Source: an uncultured Chloroflexia bacterium
GTDB taxonomy: Bacteria > Chloroflexota > Dehalococcoidia > Dehalococcoidales > RBG-16-60-22
Direction of reading: 5' to 3'
DNA: 64,000 nucleotides
NCBI GenBank assembly: GCA_963739395.1
Contig: CAVUAE010000001.1
Location: 1,094,056-1,158,055, forward strand
Shown piece by piece: positions 62,882 through 64,000 of the stretch. The first letter of the stretch is position 1. Every line of letters starts with the position of its first letter. Made by a program: the position numbers and the translations under genes. The notes beneath the pieces are model-generated. The model was not told where the DNA came from, made no database searches, and saw only the letters and a program-made list of their open reading frames with translations.

Positions 62882-64000
62882 TGATTACATTAACGATTGA
62901 CGGCGTAAAAGTTTCGGTGCCTCAAGGGACTACCGTGCTGGAAGCCGCCCTTAAGGCTGGCGTCTATATCCCCACCCTCTGCTACGACGCCGACCTTAAG
63001 CCTTATGGAGCTTGCCGTCTCTGCATCGTGGAGATTGAGAAAATGCGCGGTCTGCCTCCTTCCTGTACCACCGAGGCGACTGAAGGCATGGTCGTCCACA
63101 CCGAAACGCCCGCTGTGAATCGTTCCCGCCGTATAACCATGGAGCTTATTATGGCGAACCACCAGGGCGAATGCCTGACCTGTTTCAAGAATCAGAACTG
63201 TGAATTGCAAAAAGTGGCGCGCTACCTCGGCGTCGATGAGACGCATTATAACCGACTCCGTAAGCGAACGAGAGTTGTCCCCGTTGATGATAGTAACCCC
63301 GCCTATGTGCGCGACATGAATAAATGTATCCTTTGCGGGCGTTGTTGGCGCGCCTGCCACGAAGTAACCGGCATCGACGCGATTGACATGTTATATCGCG
63401 GGGATGTGGCTACGGTCGGCGGACTGGGGGATAAACCCATCTTAATTTCTCGCTGCGAGACCTGCGGCGAATGCGTTGCCCGCTGTCCCACGGGCGCGCT
63501 GACTTTTAAAGAGAGTCGTCTCGTCACACGTGAGGTCAAGACCACCTGCCCTTACTGCGCGGTGGGCTGTCAGGTTTACTTGGGCATTCGCAGCGGCGAG
63601 GTTATTAGCGTCCGTGGGAATAAAGAAGGACCATCTAATCAAGGACATCTCTGCGTTAAAGGGCGTTTCGGCGTGGCGGATTTTATCCATCATAAAGACC
63701 GCCTCACCACTCCCCTGATTAAAAAGAACGGTAAGTTTGAAAAAGCTAGTTGGGATGAAGCTCTTAATTTAGTAGCCAGTAAACTTAAAACTTTTAAGCC
63801 TTATGAGGTCGGTGTCGTTTCCTCGGCGCGGAGTACCAACGAGGCTAGTTATTTAATGCAGAAGTTCGGACGGGCTGTTCTGCATACCAATAACGTCGAC
63901 CACTGTGCCCGTCTTTGACATGCTCCTACCGTGGCCGGTCTGGCCACCACCTTCGGCTCCGGGGCGATGACCAATAACATCGACGACTTCGCTAATGCCA
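62878..64000 (+). CDS. fdhA: Formate dehydrogenase alpha subunit, selenocysteine-containing (3' end outside window)
   Basis: NuoG-like N-terminus (CRLC, CILCGRCWRAC, CETCGECVARCP), MopB start TTCPYCAVGCQV, HLCVKGRF. In-frame TGA 63916-63918 in [27 protein letters not shown]. Confidence 0.9.

Overview
This is a 64-kb chromosomal window from an anaerobic bacterium that uses selenocysteine. Gene content and the repeat families suggest an uncultivated Chloroflexota/Dehalococcoidia-like lineage, but that is a guess I cannot verify here.

Backbone genes: GH3 glucosidase plus a sugar kinase, dnaN, moaC-moaA, rdgB-cobO-plsY, purM, tilS, nrdR and nrdJ, folC, ribD, a P-type ATPase, a presenilin-like protease, aldehyde:ferredoxin oxidoreductase, a complete hdrCBA-mvhDGA cluster, nifS-iscU-dsrE-tusA, glnA, and nuoE-nuoF-fdhA. 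RNA features are three tRNAs (Leu-TAA, Cys-GCA, Lys-TTT) and a TPP riboswitch. No CRISPR array, rRNA, transposase or integrase was seen.

The most interesting layer is a set of visibly AT-rich cargo genes placed directly behind GC-normal housekeeping genes:
(a) A 112-aa ORF plus an ImmA/IrrE-type metalloprotease sit between nrdR and nrdJ, and a 113-aa ORF follows nrdJ. All five genes form one tightly spaced operon behind tandem NrdR boxes.
(b) A stand-alone 300-aa SIR2-like (ThsA-type) protein is translationally coupled to ribD. It is followed by a DUF559 cassette flanked by a duplicated folC 3' end.
(c) A 723-aa AAA_13/ABC-type ATPase lies in a 2.4-kb islet bounded by a duplicated dnaN 3' end.
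(d) An orphan 416-aa protein carries a PD-(D/E)xK motif.

Other leads:
- a minimal class III nucleotidyl cyclase paired with a GAF-HD-GYP phosphodiesterase;
- a UxxC selenoprotein hidden as two ORFs split by an in-frame TGA;
- an A_AAA_AAG -1 frameshift site at the end of iscU that opens onto a CxxC-x12-CxxC tail;
- a TPP riboswitch controlling a PurM/HypE-superfamily gene;
- a promoter-operator shared by a GbsR-like regulator gene and an SPFH gene.

All functional calls rest on motifs read by eye; no database search was possible.
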